Assembly (NCBI GenBank): GCA_023511625.1
Contig: JAIMBD010000008.1
Location: 12,969 to 76,968, forward strand
Direction of reading: 5' to 3'
Length of the DNA stretch: 64,000 nucleotides
Source of the DNA: Bacillota bacterium
GTDB lineage: Bacteria > Bacillota > Sulfobacillia > Sulfobacillales > Sulfobacillaceae
Below, piece after piece: positions 18,063 through 28,960 of this stretch. The translations under genes and the position numbers were made by a program. Below the pieces are notes generated by a model. The model saw nothing but the letters and a program-made list of their open reading frames with translations. It was not told where the DNA came from and ran no database searches. How positions within the stretch are numbered: the stretch's first letter is position 1; every line of letters starts with the position of its first letter.

Positions 18063-19192
18063 ACCGGTTGGGTTCGCGCCTGGTGGCCAGCTTCTGGCTG
18101 GCGAGCCTCGGGGGTGGGGTGGCGGGTTGGGCCGCGACCTTTTTGGTCCCGCCGCGGGCCTACGAGGGCCTGATGCTGACGATCATGAATCCTCCTCCAG
18201 GGACGACCGCCGCCACCATGGACGCCATGCTGGATGCGGCCATTACCCGAATCGTGGCGTGGCATGTGGCCGTGGCCATGTTGGGGGCGATGCTGGTGGC
18301 GGGGGTGATGGCGCCGGTCATCGTGCGCCATCTGGAAGAGGCTCTTGCGCCGGTGGTGGCCTACACCGCCCGAATGGCAGCCGGGGAGTTGCCCGAGGGC
18401 TTGCCAATCGGCCGGATTCGGGAACTCGACCAGCTGGTCGCGGCCGTCAACCGGCTGGGGGAGGCGCTGCGGGCCAGCGAGCGACAACGGCGGCTAGCCT
18501 TGGCCCGCATCGGGCACGAACTGGCCACCCCGGTGATGACCCTGCGCGGCTACCTCGATGGCGTGCAGCAAGGCGTGATGGCCCCTGCAGCGCCGCTGTG
18601 GGAGGGGATGGCGCGCAGCCTCCGGCGACTGGAGGCCATGGCCGGCGAGTTGAGCGCGTTGGGCCGGGCTGAAGCGGCCGCGACGGCCGTGCGCCTGGAA
18701 GCCGTCGCCGTCATGGACCTGATGGAGCCGGTCTTGCAGGATGTCTCGCGCGCCATGGACGTTCCGCCGCCGCCATTGGTGGTGGGGGAGGGTGCCGCCG
18801 GGGCTTGGGTGCGTGCCGACCCCGACCGGTTTGGCGAGGTCCTGGAAAATCTTCTCCGTAACGCCTACACCTATACCCCCAAGGGCGGGCAGGTGACGGT
18901 ACGGATAGCGTCCGACGGCAAGCAGGTGACGATATCCGTGGAAGACACCGGTGTCGGCATCGATCCGGAGGACTTGCCGTGGGTGATGGAGCCATTTTAT
19001 CGCGGACGGGAAGGGGCAGGCAGCGAGGCACCGGGCATGGGGGTAGGCTTGACCATCGCTCGGCAGTGGGTGGAAGCGATGGGGGGGACCCTGGCCATCG
19101 CGAGCCCGGGCCGCGGCCGAGGCACGGTGGCCCAGGTCCAGCTGCAGCGGGTGGCCCCGCCGGCGGCGGACCAAACCTTGAGCCAACCTTGA
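18059..19192 (+). CDS. Sensor histidine kinase
   Basis: Overlaps the response-regulator stop by 4 nt. It has TM segments, an H-box (RIGHELATPV), an N-box (LLRNAYTYT) and G-boxes (DTGVGI, GMGVGL). Confidence 0.85.
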   Translation: MNRLGSRLVASFWLASLGGGVAGWAATFLVPPRAYEGLMLTIMNPPPGTTAATMDAMLDAAITRIVAWHVAVAMLGAMLVAGVMAPVIVRHLEEALAPVVAYTARMAAGELPEGLPIGRIRELDQLVAAVNRLGEALRASERQRRLALARIGHELATPVMTLRGYLDGVQQGVMAPAAPLWEGMARSLRRLEAMAGELSALGRAEAAATAVRLEAVAVMDLMEPVLQDVSRAMDVPPPPLVVGEGAAGAWVRADPDRFGEVLENLLRNAYTYTPKGGQVTVRIASDGKQVTISVEDTGVGIDPEDLPWVMEPFYRGREGAGSEAPGMGVGLTIARQWVEAMGGTLAIASPGRGRGTVAQVQLQRVAPPAADQTLSQP

Positions 19193-19256
19193 GATTGGCA
19201 TGGCTGTGCGCTTGAGGTGGGCGCGGTATGCTCGGGGCGGAAAGGGGGCATCAGCC

Positions 19257-19487
19257 ATGATGTGGGGATACCCGGTAGGGCCCTGGGGATGGATCGGGCC
19301 CTTGCTGATGGTGCTATTCTGGGTGGTGATCGTGGCCGGTGCGGTGGCGGCAATCCGCATCTGGTGGGGCACGGACCGCTACCGGGCCGGCGAGGAGGGA
19401 TTGAAAGTACTCGAGCGGCGGTATGCGGCGGGAGAGATCAGCCGCGAGGAATTCCTGGCCATGCGGCGCGACCTGATAGGCCGCTGA
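19257..19487 (+). CDS. Small membrane protein with a SHOCT-like C-terminal motif
   Basis: One TM segment ([21 protein letters not shown]) followed by [25 protein letters not shown]. Confidence 0.65.
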   Translation: MMWGYPVGPWGWIGPLLMVLFWVVIVAGAVAAIRIWWGTDRYRAGEEGLKVLERRYAAGEISREEFLAMRRDLIGR

Positions 19488-19539
19488 TCGACCTGAGCCG
19501 ACAAAGACCGACAGCATCCGGAAAAGAGGCGAAGGGATC

Positions 19540-22032
19540 ATGAGCAAGGTGGCGACGCCGGTCAAGCCCGATCCGCCGAACCCTGCCGCGGCGGCGGTGC
19601 GGGTCGGAATCGTGGGGATGACATGCGCCAGTTGCGCCCGTCGGATCGAAAAAGGGGTAGGGCGACTCGGCGGCGTGGAGTCGGTCGAGGTCAACCTCGG
19701 CACCGAGAAGGCGGCGGTCGTGTACCTTCCCGGAGCCGTGGAATTGGAGCAGATCGTGGACACCATCCGCGATCTCGGGTATCAAGCCATCACCGATACC
19801 GTCCACCTCCAATTGGCCTCGGTTTTGGCCGACGCCGCCGGGGAGAACCTCGCCGCGCGCTTGCGGGCGATCCCGGGGGTGGTGCGCGCCCGTTACCAGC
19901 CGGCGGTGGCGGCGCTGGAGGTGACCTACCTGCCGGAAACCGTTCGCCCGCACGAATTGCGGCGGCAGCTTCGGGACTGGGGGTATCCCACCCGCGAGGT
20001 GGAGGGGCTCGACGACGCCACCCAACGGGCCCGCAGGCAGGACATGGCCCAGTGGCGGCGCCGGTTCCTGGTGGGCGCGCTCTTTTCCCTGCCGCTCGCC
20101 AGCTGGCTGGTCTCAAGCCTTCTGGGGCACCCCCTTTTAACCAACCCCTGGCTGCAGGGGGCATTGGCCACCGTGGTCCAGGGCTACGTCGGCGCCTTCT
20201 ATTACCTTGACGCTTGGCGCAACCTGCGCCATGGCAATGCCAACATGTCGGTGCTGGTGGCGGTCGGCACCACCGCCGCCTATGGGGTGAGCGTAGCCCT
20301 GTTGGTGGCCGGCCCAGGTGCCCACGTCTTATACTTTGACGACAGTGCCATCGTGCTGACCCTGATCTCTCTCGGCAAGTACGTCGAGGCCCGCGCCAAA
20401 GGGGCGACGTCCAGCGCCATCCGCGAGCTTATGGGCCTTTCTCCCCAGACCGCCCACGTGATCGAGGGGGAGACTGCGCGCGACGTCCCCATCGAAGCCA
20501 TCGAACCGGGCATGGAGCTTTGGGTCCGCCCGGGCGAGACGATTCCCACCGACGGCGTGGTGGTCTCCGGCGAGAGCCACGTCGACGAATCGATGTTGAC
20601 CGGTGAACCGGTGCCGGTGGCCAAGGGCCCAGGCGACGGGGTTGTGGGCGCCACCTTAAACCAGACCGGCGCCCTGCGGGTCAAGGCCACCAAGGTGGGG
20701 CGCGACACGGTGCTGGCCCAGATTCTGGCCGTGGTCGAGGCCGCGCAGGCCTCGAAGGCGCCCATCGAACAGCTGGCCGATCGCGTGTCGGGGGTCTTTG
20801 TGCCGATCGTCGTCGCGGTGGCGGCGGCTACGTTCGCCGGCTGGACTTTGGCCACCGGGGACCCCCTGCGGGCCCTGCTGCCTGCGGTAGCGGTGCTGGT
20901 GGTGGCGTGCCCCTGTGCGCTCGGATTGGCCACCCCGACGGCGGTCATCGCCGGGGTGGGGGTAGGAGCACGCCGCGGCCTGTTGATCCGCGGTGGCGAG
21001 TATCTGGAGGCGGCCGGCCGAATCGACGCCGTGGTCTTGGATAAGACCGGGACCGTGACTCGCGGGCGGCCCACGGTGACCGACCTCGTGCGCCTGGATC
21101 ATCCCGCGGTGCCGGACGAAGCCGCGTTGTTGGCCTATGCCGCGGCTGTGGAGGCGTTGTCCGAGCACCCGCTGGCCCGGGCAGTGGTAGCGGCGGCGCG
21201 CGACCGGGAGGTCCGGATTCCCCCGGCCACGGCGTTTGTCGCCGAGCCCGGCCGCGGGGTGCGGGGCACGGTCGAGGGCCACACGGTCTCGGTGGGAAGC
21301 GCCCGGGCCCTGGTGGAGGCCGGCGTGGCGGTGGACCCGCTGGCATCCTGGGCGCGCCGGTGCCAAAATGCCGCCGAGACCCCCCTGTACGTTGCCGTGG
21401 ATGGGGCCCTGGTGGGGGCCTTGGCGGTATCCGATCCGGTGAAGGCTGGCGCCCGCGAAGCGGTGGAAGCTCTGACCCGAGACGGGTATGCGGTCTACCT
21501 GGCCACCGGGGACCAGCGCGCAGTGGCCGAAGCGGTGGCGCGGGCGGTCGGGATAGCGCCTGACCGCGTGCTCGCGGAGCTTTTGCCCACCGCCAAGGGC
21601 GAGGTGGTGCGGGATCTCCAGGCCCAGGGCCACCGGGTGGCCATGGTGGGGGACGGCATCAACGACGCGCCGGCTTTGGCGGCGGCCGATCTCGGCATCG
21701 CCATCGGCACCGGCACCGACGTGGCCATCGCTGCCGCCGGCATCACTCTGGTGGGAGGCGACCCGCGCGGCGTGGTGGCGGCCCTTCGGCTTGCGCGCCG
21801 CACGCTGTCCAAGATTCGCCAGAACCTCTTCTGGGCGTTTGCCTACAACGTGGTGCTTATTCCCGTGGCGGCCCTCGGCTGGTTGATTCCCGTCCTATCC
21901 GGGGCGGCCATGGCTCTCTCGTCCATCCTGGTGACTGCCAATGCGGCCTTGCTCTACCGCTTTGACCCATGGCAGGGTCTGGAACCCAGCCCGGTGGCGT
22001 CCGACCTTGACCGGGACCGGGGCATGGCCTAG
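19540..22032 (+). CDS. copA: Copper-translocating P1B-type ATPase
   Basis: HMA domain with [12 protein letters not shown], plus CPC ([13 protein letters not shown]), DKTGT, and GDGINDAP. Confidence 0.9.
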   Translation: MSKVATPVKPDPPNPAAAAVRVGIVGMTCASCARRIEKGVGRLGGVESVEVNLGTEKAAVVYLPGAVELEQIVDTIRDLGYQAITDTVHLQLASVLADAAGENLAARLRAIPGVVRARYQPAVAALEVTYLPETVRPHELRRQLRDWGYPTREVEGLDDATQRARRQDMAQWRRRFLVGALFSLPLASWLVSSLLGHPLLTNPWLQGALATVVQGYVGAFYYLDAWRNLRHGNANMSVLVAVGTTAAYGVSVALLVAGPGAHVLYFDDSAIVLTLISLGKYVEARAKGATSSAIRELMGLSPQTAHVIEGETARDVPIEAIEPGMELWVRPGETIPTDGVVVSGESHVDESMLTGEPVPVAKGPGDGVVGATLNQTGALRVKATKVGRDTVLAQILAVVEAAQASKAPIEQLADRVSGVFVPIVVAVAAATFAGWTLATGDPLRALLPAVAVLVVACPCALGLATPTAVIAGVGVGARRGLLIRGGEYLEAAGRIDAVVLDKTGTVTRGRPTVTDLVRLDHPAVPDEAALLAYAAAVEALSEHPLARAVVAAARDREVRIPPATAFVAEPGRGVRGTVEGHTVSVGSARALVEAGVAVDPLASWARRCQNAAETPLYVAVDGALVGALAVSDPVKAGAREAVEALTRDGYAVYLATGDQRAVAEAVARAVGIAPDRVLAELLPTAKGEVVRDLQAQGHRVAMVGDGINDAPALAAADLGIAIGTGTDVAIAAAGITLVGGDPRGVVAALRLARRTLSKIRQNLFWAFAYNVVLIPVAALGWLIPVLSGAAMALSSILVTANAALLYRFDPWQGLEPSPVASDLDRDRGMA

Positions 22033-22225
22033 CCTTACCATCGGGAACCGGTTTTGGTTTGGACAGGGAAAGGCCAGGCTCCTCTCTGTCAAGGGGGTGG
22101 ATCACTGAGCCATGACGCGTGCGAGGGAACCCCTTGGGTGGGGCGCAGCGACCGCTCCCAGGCCATATTTCCCTAGACGGTCTCCCCGTGGGCGAGCGCC
22201 GGTTGGGACGGGACCAGTGGCCGGC

Positions 22226-22624
22226 TCAGGCGGTGCGATGGCGGGCCTGGGCCGCCCAGAACTGGGCCCGGGCGTACGGGGCCTGGTCGTTCCACATGCC
22301 GAAGAGCATCTGGCCCCGGCGATTGGCCCAGGCCCGCAGGACGGCAGGATGGCCATGGCCCCGCGCCCGGCGCGCAGCGGCGTCGGCGCAGACCCAGCCG
22401 CAGGGGCGCAAGGAGGCGAAGGCCAACCGGTGCAACGTCTGGCGGAAGTAGTAGGCGCAGGCCCGGCAGAGCTGGACCCGCCCCAACTTGCGGCGCTGGT
22501 AGGCCACCGGACTGGTGCCCACCAAGGCTTGCACCGCCTCCGCCGACGCAAACCGGTCCCGGTCCTCCCTCCACGCGGCCACAAGGCGGGCACCGGTCCG
22601 GGGACTTTCCCCCGGCACGTTCAC
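22226..22624 (-). pseudogene. IS110-family transposase, C-terminal fragment only
   Basis: PGESPRTGARLVAAWREDRDRFASAEAVQALVGTSPVAYQ...YFRQTLHRLAFASL matches the IS116/IS110/IS902 C-terminal domain pattern. No N-terminal DEDD domain lies upstream. Confidence 0.6.
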
Positions 22625-22871
22625 CCCCCCAGCCCCACCCGTCTATCAGCCGTCCCAAGGCAGGAGGCCCAGGGGATTCGGGAAAGGCGACTCTTGACAC
22701 AGCAATCGGATCGCGAGGAGGACCAAGCCTTTTCCGGAACGTTTCTAAAAAGACCAATCCTTGCGAATGCGAAAGGTTCGGGAATGGATCCAGGGGCCAT
22801 TCTTGCGGTCCAGCGAACCAGGACCGCAAAAACTTAATCACCGCTGAGACTAACCAATGAGGAGGAGAGGT

Positions 22872-23513
22872 ATGCGGATCGCGTTATGGGGAGCGACCGG
22901 GACCATCGGGCAGCGCATCTTGCGCGAGGCCTTGGACCGGGGGCACGCGGTGCGGGCAGTGGTCCGCGATCCGGCGCGCGTGACGATCCAGCACCCGAAG
23001 TTGGAGGTGGTCCAGGGCGACGCCTTGGATCCCCAATCGGTGGCCCAAGCCGTGCGCGGCTGTGAGGTGGTGGTCAGCGCTTTGGGCCCAAGCCGCGGGG
23101 AGCCACCCGAGACTCTCTTGACCCTCAATCAGCGCCTCGTGGAGGGGGTGCGGGCGGCCGGCGTGCGCCGCCTGATCGCCGTCGGCGGAGCCGGAAGCCT
23201 GGAAGTGGCTCCCGGCCAGCGGCTTTTGGACACGCCCGACTTCCCGCCCGGATGGAAGGCCATCGCCGAGGCGGCAGCGGAAACCCTGGCCTGGTACCGC
23301 CGCGAGGCCAATGACCTCGAATGGACGGTGATGAGCCCGGCCGCTTTCATTCAGCCTGGATCCCGCACCGGCCGCTACCGCACCGGCACCGACCAGTTGG
23401 TGACCGACGAGCGCGGGGAAAGCCGGATCTCGGCCGAAGATTTTGCGGTCGCGCTCGTGGACGAGGTGGAACAGGGCCGCTTCATCCGCCGCCGGTTCAC
23501 CGTTGCCTATTGA
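22872..23513 (+). CDS. NAD(P)H-binding (NmrA/atypical SDR-like) protein
   Basis: GGAGGAGAGG SD plus ATG 22872. MRIALWGATGTIGQRILREALDRGHAVRAVVRDP. Confidence 0.8.
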   Translation: MRIALWGATGTIGQRILREALDRGHAVRAVVRDPARVTIQHPKLEVVQGDALDPQSVAQAVRGCEVVVSALGPSRGEPPETLLTLNQRLVEGVRAAGVRRLIAVGGAGSLEVAPGQRLLDTPDFPPGWKAIAEAAAETLAWYRREANDLEWTVMSPAAFIQPGSRTGRYRTGTDQLVTDERGESRISAEDFAVALVDEVEQGRFIRRRFTVAY

Positions 23514-23882
23514 GCTACGCGGCTGAAAAGGCCGGCGCTCCCAGCGGTCGCAAGGGGCCGGCTTGTTTGGCGTCGGCGGCCGCCATCGGGCCCCGGTTCC
23601 GGATCCCGCCCGGCACCTCGGGGGCGAAACCGACGGCATTTGGGGGCAGGAAGGAGGATCCGGCGGATGCAGATCCGGTAGGGACGCCCCGCACCATCCG
23701 GTTGCGGGAGTCGGCGGAGGCGAGATCCGACAGAGGCGAAGCCCTGATGGCCGGCGTCTTCGCACCGTGCAAGAACTGCCCTCATTCGGCGCATATTAGC
23801 CATTCCGAAAGAGTGGGCGCGGGCGCCGGCCGGGCCTCGGGCGCCTTTGGCGGCCGTCGCGCACGCAGAAGGAGGGAGGGGC

Positions 23883-24647
23883 ATGGATCTGGTCGGCAAG
23901 GTGGCCTGGGTCACCGGGGCGGCGCAAGGCATCGGGCGGGCGGTGGCCCTGGCGCTGGCCGAGGCCGGGGCCGACGTGGCCGTGCACGACGTGCAAGCGT
24001 CGGCGGGGTTGACGGCGGTGGCCGAGGCGGTGCGGGCCCGGGGAAGGCGGGCCGTGCCGGTGCACGGGAACGTGGCCGATGCGCAGGCAGTGGCCGCGGC
24101 GCGGCAGGCGGTGGTGGAGGGGCTCGGGAGACTGGACATCTTGGTCAACAACGCCGGGATCGAGCGGTATCGGCCGCTTTTGGAATGCACGGAGGAAGAT
24201 TGGGACGCCGTGGTGGGCGTCGACCTCAAGGGCGCCTTTTTGTGCCTGCAGCAGGCAGCGCGGTGGATGCGGGATCACGGGGGCGGCGTCATCCTCAATA
24301 TCTCGTCGATCCACGAAGATAAGCCCTTTCCCGGATATGCGCCCTATTGCGCGGCCAAGGGGGGACTCAAGATGTTGATGCGCGACGCCGCCTTGGAGCT
24401 CGCCCCCCACGGCATCCGGGTGGTCAATGTGGCGCCGGGGGCCATTGCCACCCCCATCAACCGCGCCACCTTGGAGGACCCGGCCAAGCTCCGGAGGTTG
24501 GAGCACCTCATTCCCTGGGGCCGTTTAGGCACCCCCGAAGAGGTGGCCCGGGTGGTGGTCTTCTTGGCCTCGGAGCACGCGTCGTACGTCACCGGCACCA
24601 CTGTAGTGGTGGACGGCGGCATGATGCAGTACGCCGAGCCGCTCTAG
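23883..24647 (+). CDS. SDR-family oxidoreductase (glucose 1-dehydrogenase-like)
   Basis: TGAAQGIGRAVA, NNAG, S...YCAAKGG. Confidence 0.9.
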   Translation: MDLVGKVAWVTGAAQGIGRAVALALAEAGADVAVHDVQASAGLTAVAEAVRARGRRAVPVHGNVADAQAVAAARQAVVEGLGRLDILVNNAGIERYRPLLECTEEDWDAVVGVDLKGAFLCLQQAARWMRDHGGGVILNISSIHEDKPFPGYAPYCAAKGGLKMLMRDAALELAPHGIRVVNVAPGAIATPINRATLEDPAKLRRLEHLIPWGRLGTPEEVARVVVFLASEHASYVTGTTVVVDGGMMQYAEPL

Positions 24648-24671
24648 TCGTTGGAAGAGGGGGGAGGCGCC

Positions 24672-26840
24672 GTGCCATTCGAGGTCTCGGTGGGCCCACC
24701 GGGGCTCACCATCCACCAGGGCGGGACCTTCTTGGTCTGCGACCTTGGGGGGGAAATTGGACAGGGGTGGGAAGAGGGGCTCTACGCCGCCGACACCCGG
24801 TTTCTCAGCCGCTACCGGTTAACCATCAACGGACTGGCCTGGCAACAGGTGACGTCCAGCGCCACCAGTTACTTTGCGGCCCGCGTGCACGCCCTGAACC
24901 CTTTGATCCCCGGAGAGGAGGGGGACATTCCCCCGGGGGTGGTGGCGCTGGTGCTGCACCGCGCAGTGGGCGAAGGGGTGCACGAGGATCTCGACCTGAC
25001 CAACTACGGTGACCAGGCCGTGCGGTTGCACCTCGAGATTCGCCTGGAATCGGACTTTGCCGACCTCTTTGAAGTCAAAAGCCGTCGGCTGGTGCGGCGC
25101 GGACAACTCGAGACACAGTGGAACCCCGAAACCCAGACCGTTTCCACCCGCTACCGCCACGGCGCCTTCGAGCGGGCCTATCACTATCAGGTGGCCCGAT
25201 CCGACTCTCCCCCCTACTATGCCAACGGGCGGCTGACGTTCGTCGTCACCCTGCCGCCGCGGGGGCGCTGGCATGCCTGCGGCTATCACCTGCTGGAGTA
25301 CGACGGGCGGGTTCACGCGCCGCTCCACGGCTGTGCCGACGACCCCGGAGACACCGCGCTCGACTGCCTGCAACGGGAATGGATCGCCCGCACCACCAAA
25401 CTCGCGACCGACGTTGAGGACCTCGCGCATCTTTATCGGCAGGCGGTCGAGGACCTCGGCGGCCTGCGCCTGCACCATCAGGACATGGGCCGCGACCTGT
25501 GGATTCCGGCCGCCGGGGTGCCGTGGTTTGTGACCGTGTTCGGTCGCGACAGCCTCATCGCCGCGCTGCAGACCATGTGGGTGGAGCCGCGCTTTGCCCT
25601 CGGCACCTTACAAAAATTGGCCCAATTACAAGCCCAGGCGCTCGACCCGTGGCGCGACGCCGAGCCGGGCAAGATGCCGCACGAGATTCGGTTCGGGGAA
25701 CTCGCGCAGCTGAATCGGGTGCCCCATGCCCGGTATTACGGGACGGCCGACGCGACACCGCTGTACTGTATCCTGCTGCACGAGACGTGGCGCTGGCTTG
25801 GCGACCCCTCGCTGCTTCACACCTACCGGGAGACGCTCGAGGGGTGTCTTCAATGGATTGACCGGTGGGGGGATCTGGATGGCGACGGCTTTCAGGAGTA
25901 CCGGACCCGCTCTCCGCAAGGCTACGAGAACATGGGCTGGAAGGACTCGGGCGACGCCATCGTGGACCCTGCGGGCCAAAACGTTCCCCAACCGAAGGCG
26001 CTGTGCGAGCTGCAGGGGTATGTCTACGACGCCTGGCGGCGCGCGGCGGAGATCTTCTGGGCGCTCGACGAGGGCGAACGCGCCCGGGGCCTGGTCGAAA
26101 AAGCGGAGAGACTGCGGGTGGCGGTCGAGACCCGGTTTTGGATCGAGGCGGAGGGGACCTACGCCTTGGCGCTGGACCCCCAAAAGCGGCCGGTGGCGAC
26201 GGTGGCCTCCAATGCCGGGCACCTTTTGTGGTCGGGCCTGTGCGCGCCCGACCGGGCCCACCGGGTGGTCCGCCGCTTGTTTGCCGAAGATCTGTGGTCG
26301 GGCTGGGGCATCCGCACGCTGTCTTCCGCCAATCCCGCCTACAACCCGTACGCCTATCAGCGCGGAGCGGTGTGGCCGCACGACAACGGCATCATTGCCC
26401 TCGGGTGCGCCCGCTATGGGTGCTACGCCGAGGCCGGGCGCATCGCGCGGGCTATTTTGGACGCCGCGCGCCTTTTTGTGAGCTATCGCCTGCCTGAGCT
26501 CTTCGCTGGGGTCCCGCGCGACCCGCACGGGTTCCCGGTACAGTATTTGGGCGCCAATGTGCCCCAGGCCTGGGCGGCCGGCAGCGTGTTCCACCTGGTG
26601 CAGGCGCTGGTGGGACTGCGGGCCGATGCCCCTCGGGGCCGCCTGTGGGTGGACCCCCACCTGCCCGATTGGTTGGCGCGGCTTGAACTTCAGGGGTTAC
26701 GGGTGGGCACGGCCGTACTCGACCTCGCGGTGGAGCGTCGGGGAGAGGCGACCACCTGGACCGCAAAGGTCCATCGCGGCACGGTGATGGTGGCCGAGGC
26801 GCCGTGGGGGCCCTGGTCCGATTCTGGAGGTGCGGGATGA
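24672..26840 (+). CDS. Amylo-alpha-1,6-glucosidase / glycogen-debranching-enzyme-like protein (GDE N- plus C-domains)
   Basis: Motifs YAADTRFLSRY, PWFVTVFGRDSLI, GKMPHE, YGTADATPLY, and EYRTRSP.GYENMGWKDSGD. GTG 24672 has a GGGGGAGG SD; the tracked ORF starts at TTG 24651. Confidence 0.8.
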   Translation: MPFEVSVGPPGLTIHQGGTFLVCDLGGEIGQGWEEGLYAADTRFLSRYRLTINGLAWQQVTSSATSYFAARVHALNPLIPGEEGDIPPGVVALVLHRAVGEGVHEDLDLTNYGDQAVRLHLEIRLESDFADLFEVKSRRLVRRGQLETQWNPETQTVSTRYRHGAFERAYHYQVARSDSPPYYANGRLTFVVTLPPRGRWHACGYHLLEYDGRVHAPLHGCADDPGDTALDCLQREWIARTTKLATDVEDLAHLYRQAVEDLGGLRLHHQDMGRDLWIPAAGVPWFVTVFGRDSLIAALQTMWVEPRFALGTLQKLAQLQAQALDPWRDAEPGKMPHEIRFGELAQLNRVPHARYYGTADATPLYCILLHETWRWLGDPSLLHTYRETLEGCLQWIDRWGDLDGDGFQEYRTRSPQGYENMGWKDSGDAIVDPAGQNVPQPKALCELQGYVYDAWRRAAEIFWALDEGERARGLVEKAERLRVAVETRFWIEAEGTYALALDPQKRPVATVASNAGHLLWSGLCAPDRAHRVVRRLFAEDLWSGWGIRTLSSANPAYNPYAYQRGAVWPHDNGIIALGCARYGCYAEAGRIARAILDAARLFVSYRLPELFAGVPRDPHGFPVQYLGANVPQAWAAGSVFHLVQALVGLRADAPRGRLWVDPHLPDWLARLELQGLRVGTAVLDLAVERRGEATTWTAKVHRGTVMVAEAPWGPWSDSGGAG

Positions 26841-27178
26841 CGCCGGGGCTGGCCGTGGGGGTGGTGTTGTTCCTTTCTCAGTTTGCCTTTTACGTTGCCA
26901 TCTACGTCTTTCTCCGCAGTGGGCTGGGTATCGCCGCGTTCATGCTCAGAGCCCTTCCGGTGTTTGCCTTCGGTGTGGCGGGCCCCTTGTGGGCCCTGCG
27001 TACGGCCCAGCGCTTGGGTTGGTCCCTGGCCCCGGTGCAGCTCGGGATGTTCGCAGCCTCGGTGGCCTCGGCCTTCTTTGGCCTGATCGTCATCGAACGC
27101 CAGATGCCTTCGATCTGGTCTTGGCTGGGCCTGGCTTTGGTGCTGGCCGGTGTAGGCGTCAGCACCCTCCACGGCTAA
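26837..27178 (+). CDS. Small 4-TM membrane protein (EamA/SMR-like)
   Basis: The ATG overlaps the upstream stop (ATGA). It has four hydrophobic segments. Confidence 0.55.
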   Translation: MTPGLAVGVVLFLSQFAFYVAIYVFLRSGLGIAAFMLRALPVFAFGVAGPLWALRTAQRLGWSLAPVQLGMFAASVASAFFGLIVIERQMPSIWSWLGLALVLAGVGVSTLHG

Positions 27179-27437
27179 AGGTTCTACGGTCCAGAGGCGC
27201 CATTCCAAGTGCCCCCGAACGGTGCCCCTTCTTTTTGCAAGGCGGCGAACTTGGCGCCCAAAGCGGCGAGATAAGGGGAGCGACCCCTGATGGGCCCGGC
27301 GTGTTACGCTGGCTCCGGGCTCGCGCCAAGCTCGGAGCCCGAGCATGGTTGGCTGCGTTCCGAACGCCTTGTAATGCCTCCGCTGGCCAATCCCGAGGGT
27401 TCACTTCGGATGGTGGCCCGATAGGCAGGCGCGGCGA

Positions 27438-28631
27438 TCAGCGGCGAAAGGCGCTCGCGGTGGGGCCTTGGAGCAGCGCAGCGGCGATATCCGGGCGGGC
27501 CAACACGACCCCGGTCGCGGCGTTTTCGACCGCGGTGCCCACGATCGCCCACGCCGGACTGGGCGGGATCCGCGTCGTCCGGTCATCAGCTTCGTTGAAG
27601 AGGTAGCCGACACCGCCCAAGGGATCGGCCTGTTGCGTCAGCACCAAGCCGGAGACCACCAGCCACTGGGTGGTAATGCCCCCGCCCGTGGCTAGGCTGG
27701 CCAAGCCGTCGACCTGGTGGTGCGCCAGATCGAGGTAGTAGAAATTCTGCGCCGCCCCTTGGGGGGCGCCCACCAGCTGGGTGGCGACCTGCAGGACGAC
27801 ACCATTCACGGCCGCGTACAGCGCAAGGCGGGTGGCCACGGTCGGAGCCGTGCCGGGGGCGGCGGCCGGCAGGGGTACGCGCGGCGGCCGGGTGCGCCAG
27901 CCGGCCGGTACCCACCCCGTCCAGGCCGTGGCCACGGGGTTGGCGGACGGCGCGCCGGGGGTACCGGGAAACGTGACCCGCGCCCCCCCAGGACTCCATA
28001 CGGCCGGAATCGTCACCAGGCGCCGTGCCCCGGTGGCCAACGCACCGCCGGTGCGCCGCCACGGCGTCATCCAGAGCGTCACCGGGCCAGTCCATCGGCG
28101 CTCTGCGGCGGCCAGGCCCGAGGGCCCCGCCGGCGCCGTCGCCGGCACGACCCCCCAAACCAACACGGGCTGGTGACCTACGGTGGTGGGCACGACGACC
28201 ACGTGTCGCGGATCGGCCGGGCCAGGCCCCCAGGTCCAGTGGACGCCGGCGAGGGTCAGGCCCGTGGCCGCAAACAATTCTTGATACCAGCCCGGCCGCA
28301 CGCCGCGCTCGAATCGGCGCGGGACGGGGAGCGCCGCCATCCCGGCGAAAGGCCAGCGCACGTCAGCCCGGAGCACCCCGGGCCGACTCTCCACCTGCAC
28401 CGGGGCCGCCGGGGCACGGACCGCCGGAGTGGCAGGGGCGGGCAATGCCGGACGCACGGAGACGGACGGCGCGGGGGTGGGCGGCGCCGAGGGCGGCCGG
28501 GCCGGGTTGTCGCAGGCAACCAGCCCCACCATGGCAAATCCCGCCACCACCCCGAGCTTCCACCCTGCTCGGAGGCGGCGAGTCCCCGAGCCGCTCGGGC
28601 GTCCCCATCTCGGGTGGGATCGGGCCCTCAT
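27438..28631 (-). CDS. Lipoprotein of unknown function
   Basis: The internal ATG at 28631 gives MRARSHPRWGR...VVAGFAMVGLVAC, a lipobox. A Pro/Ala-rich linker and a beta-rich body follow. The 200 codons upstream in the tracked ORF look non-coding (R/P/G-rich). Confidence 0.6.
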   Translation of the reverse strand: MRARSHPRWGRPSGSGTRRLRAGWKLGVVAGFAMVGLVACDNPARPPSAPPTPAPSVSVRPALPAPATPAVRAPAAPVQVESRPGVLRADVRWPFAGMAALPVPRRFERGVRPGWYQELFAATGLTLAGVHWTWGPGPADPRHVVVVPTTVGHQPVLVWGVVPATAPAGPSGLAAAERRWTGPVTLWMTPWRRTGGALATGARRLVTIPAVWSPGGARVTFPGTPGAPSANPVATAWTGWVPAGWRTRPPRVPLPAAAPGTAPTVATRLALYAAVNGVVLQVATQLVGAPQGAAQNFYYLDLAHHQVDGLASLATGGGITTQWLVVSGLVLTQQADPLGGVGYLFNEADDRTTRIPPSPAWAIVGTAVENAATGVVLARPDIAAALLQGPTASAFRR

Positions 28632-28960
28632 GGCGCGGTCGCCCCCGGAACGGTCCAGGACGTGAGCGGGCCGCAGGTGACACCGGGCGGCTGCATGCCG
28701 GCGGTCGTGAACCCGGGCGGCACGGTCAGGGGCGGTTGGCCTCCCGCGATTGTCGTGCCCGGCTGGTGCAGGGTGGTGGCGATGAGTCCGCCCCGGGGAC
28801 GACCCGAGTGGATGACGGCCGTAACCGTCCGCCCGAGCCTCTGGAGCACAGGATCGACATTCGGGGACCACGGGGCAATCGCAGTACCCTCGTGGCCGCC
28901 CGCCCGAACGGGAGGAGTAGTCGTCTGTCGGCATGCCCTCCCCAAAGGGGGATCCTGCAT
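28628..28960 (-). CDS. Hypothetical protein, possibly translationally coupled to the lipoprotein gene
   Basis: Its TGA overlaps the lipoprotein ATG (ATGA). No recognisable motif, and the start is uncertain. Confidence 0.25.
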   Translation of the reverse strand: MQDPPLGRACRQTTTPPVRAGGHEGTAIAPWSPNVDPVLQRLGRTVTAVIHSGRPRGGLIATTLHQPGTTIAGGQPPLTVPPGFTTAGMQPPGVTCGPLTSWTVPGATAP

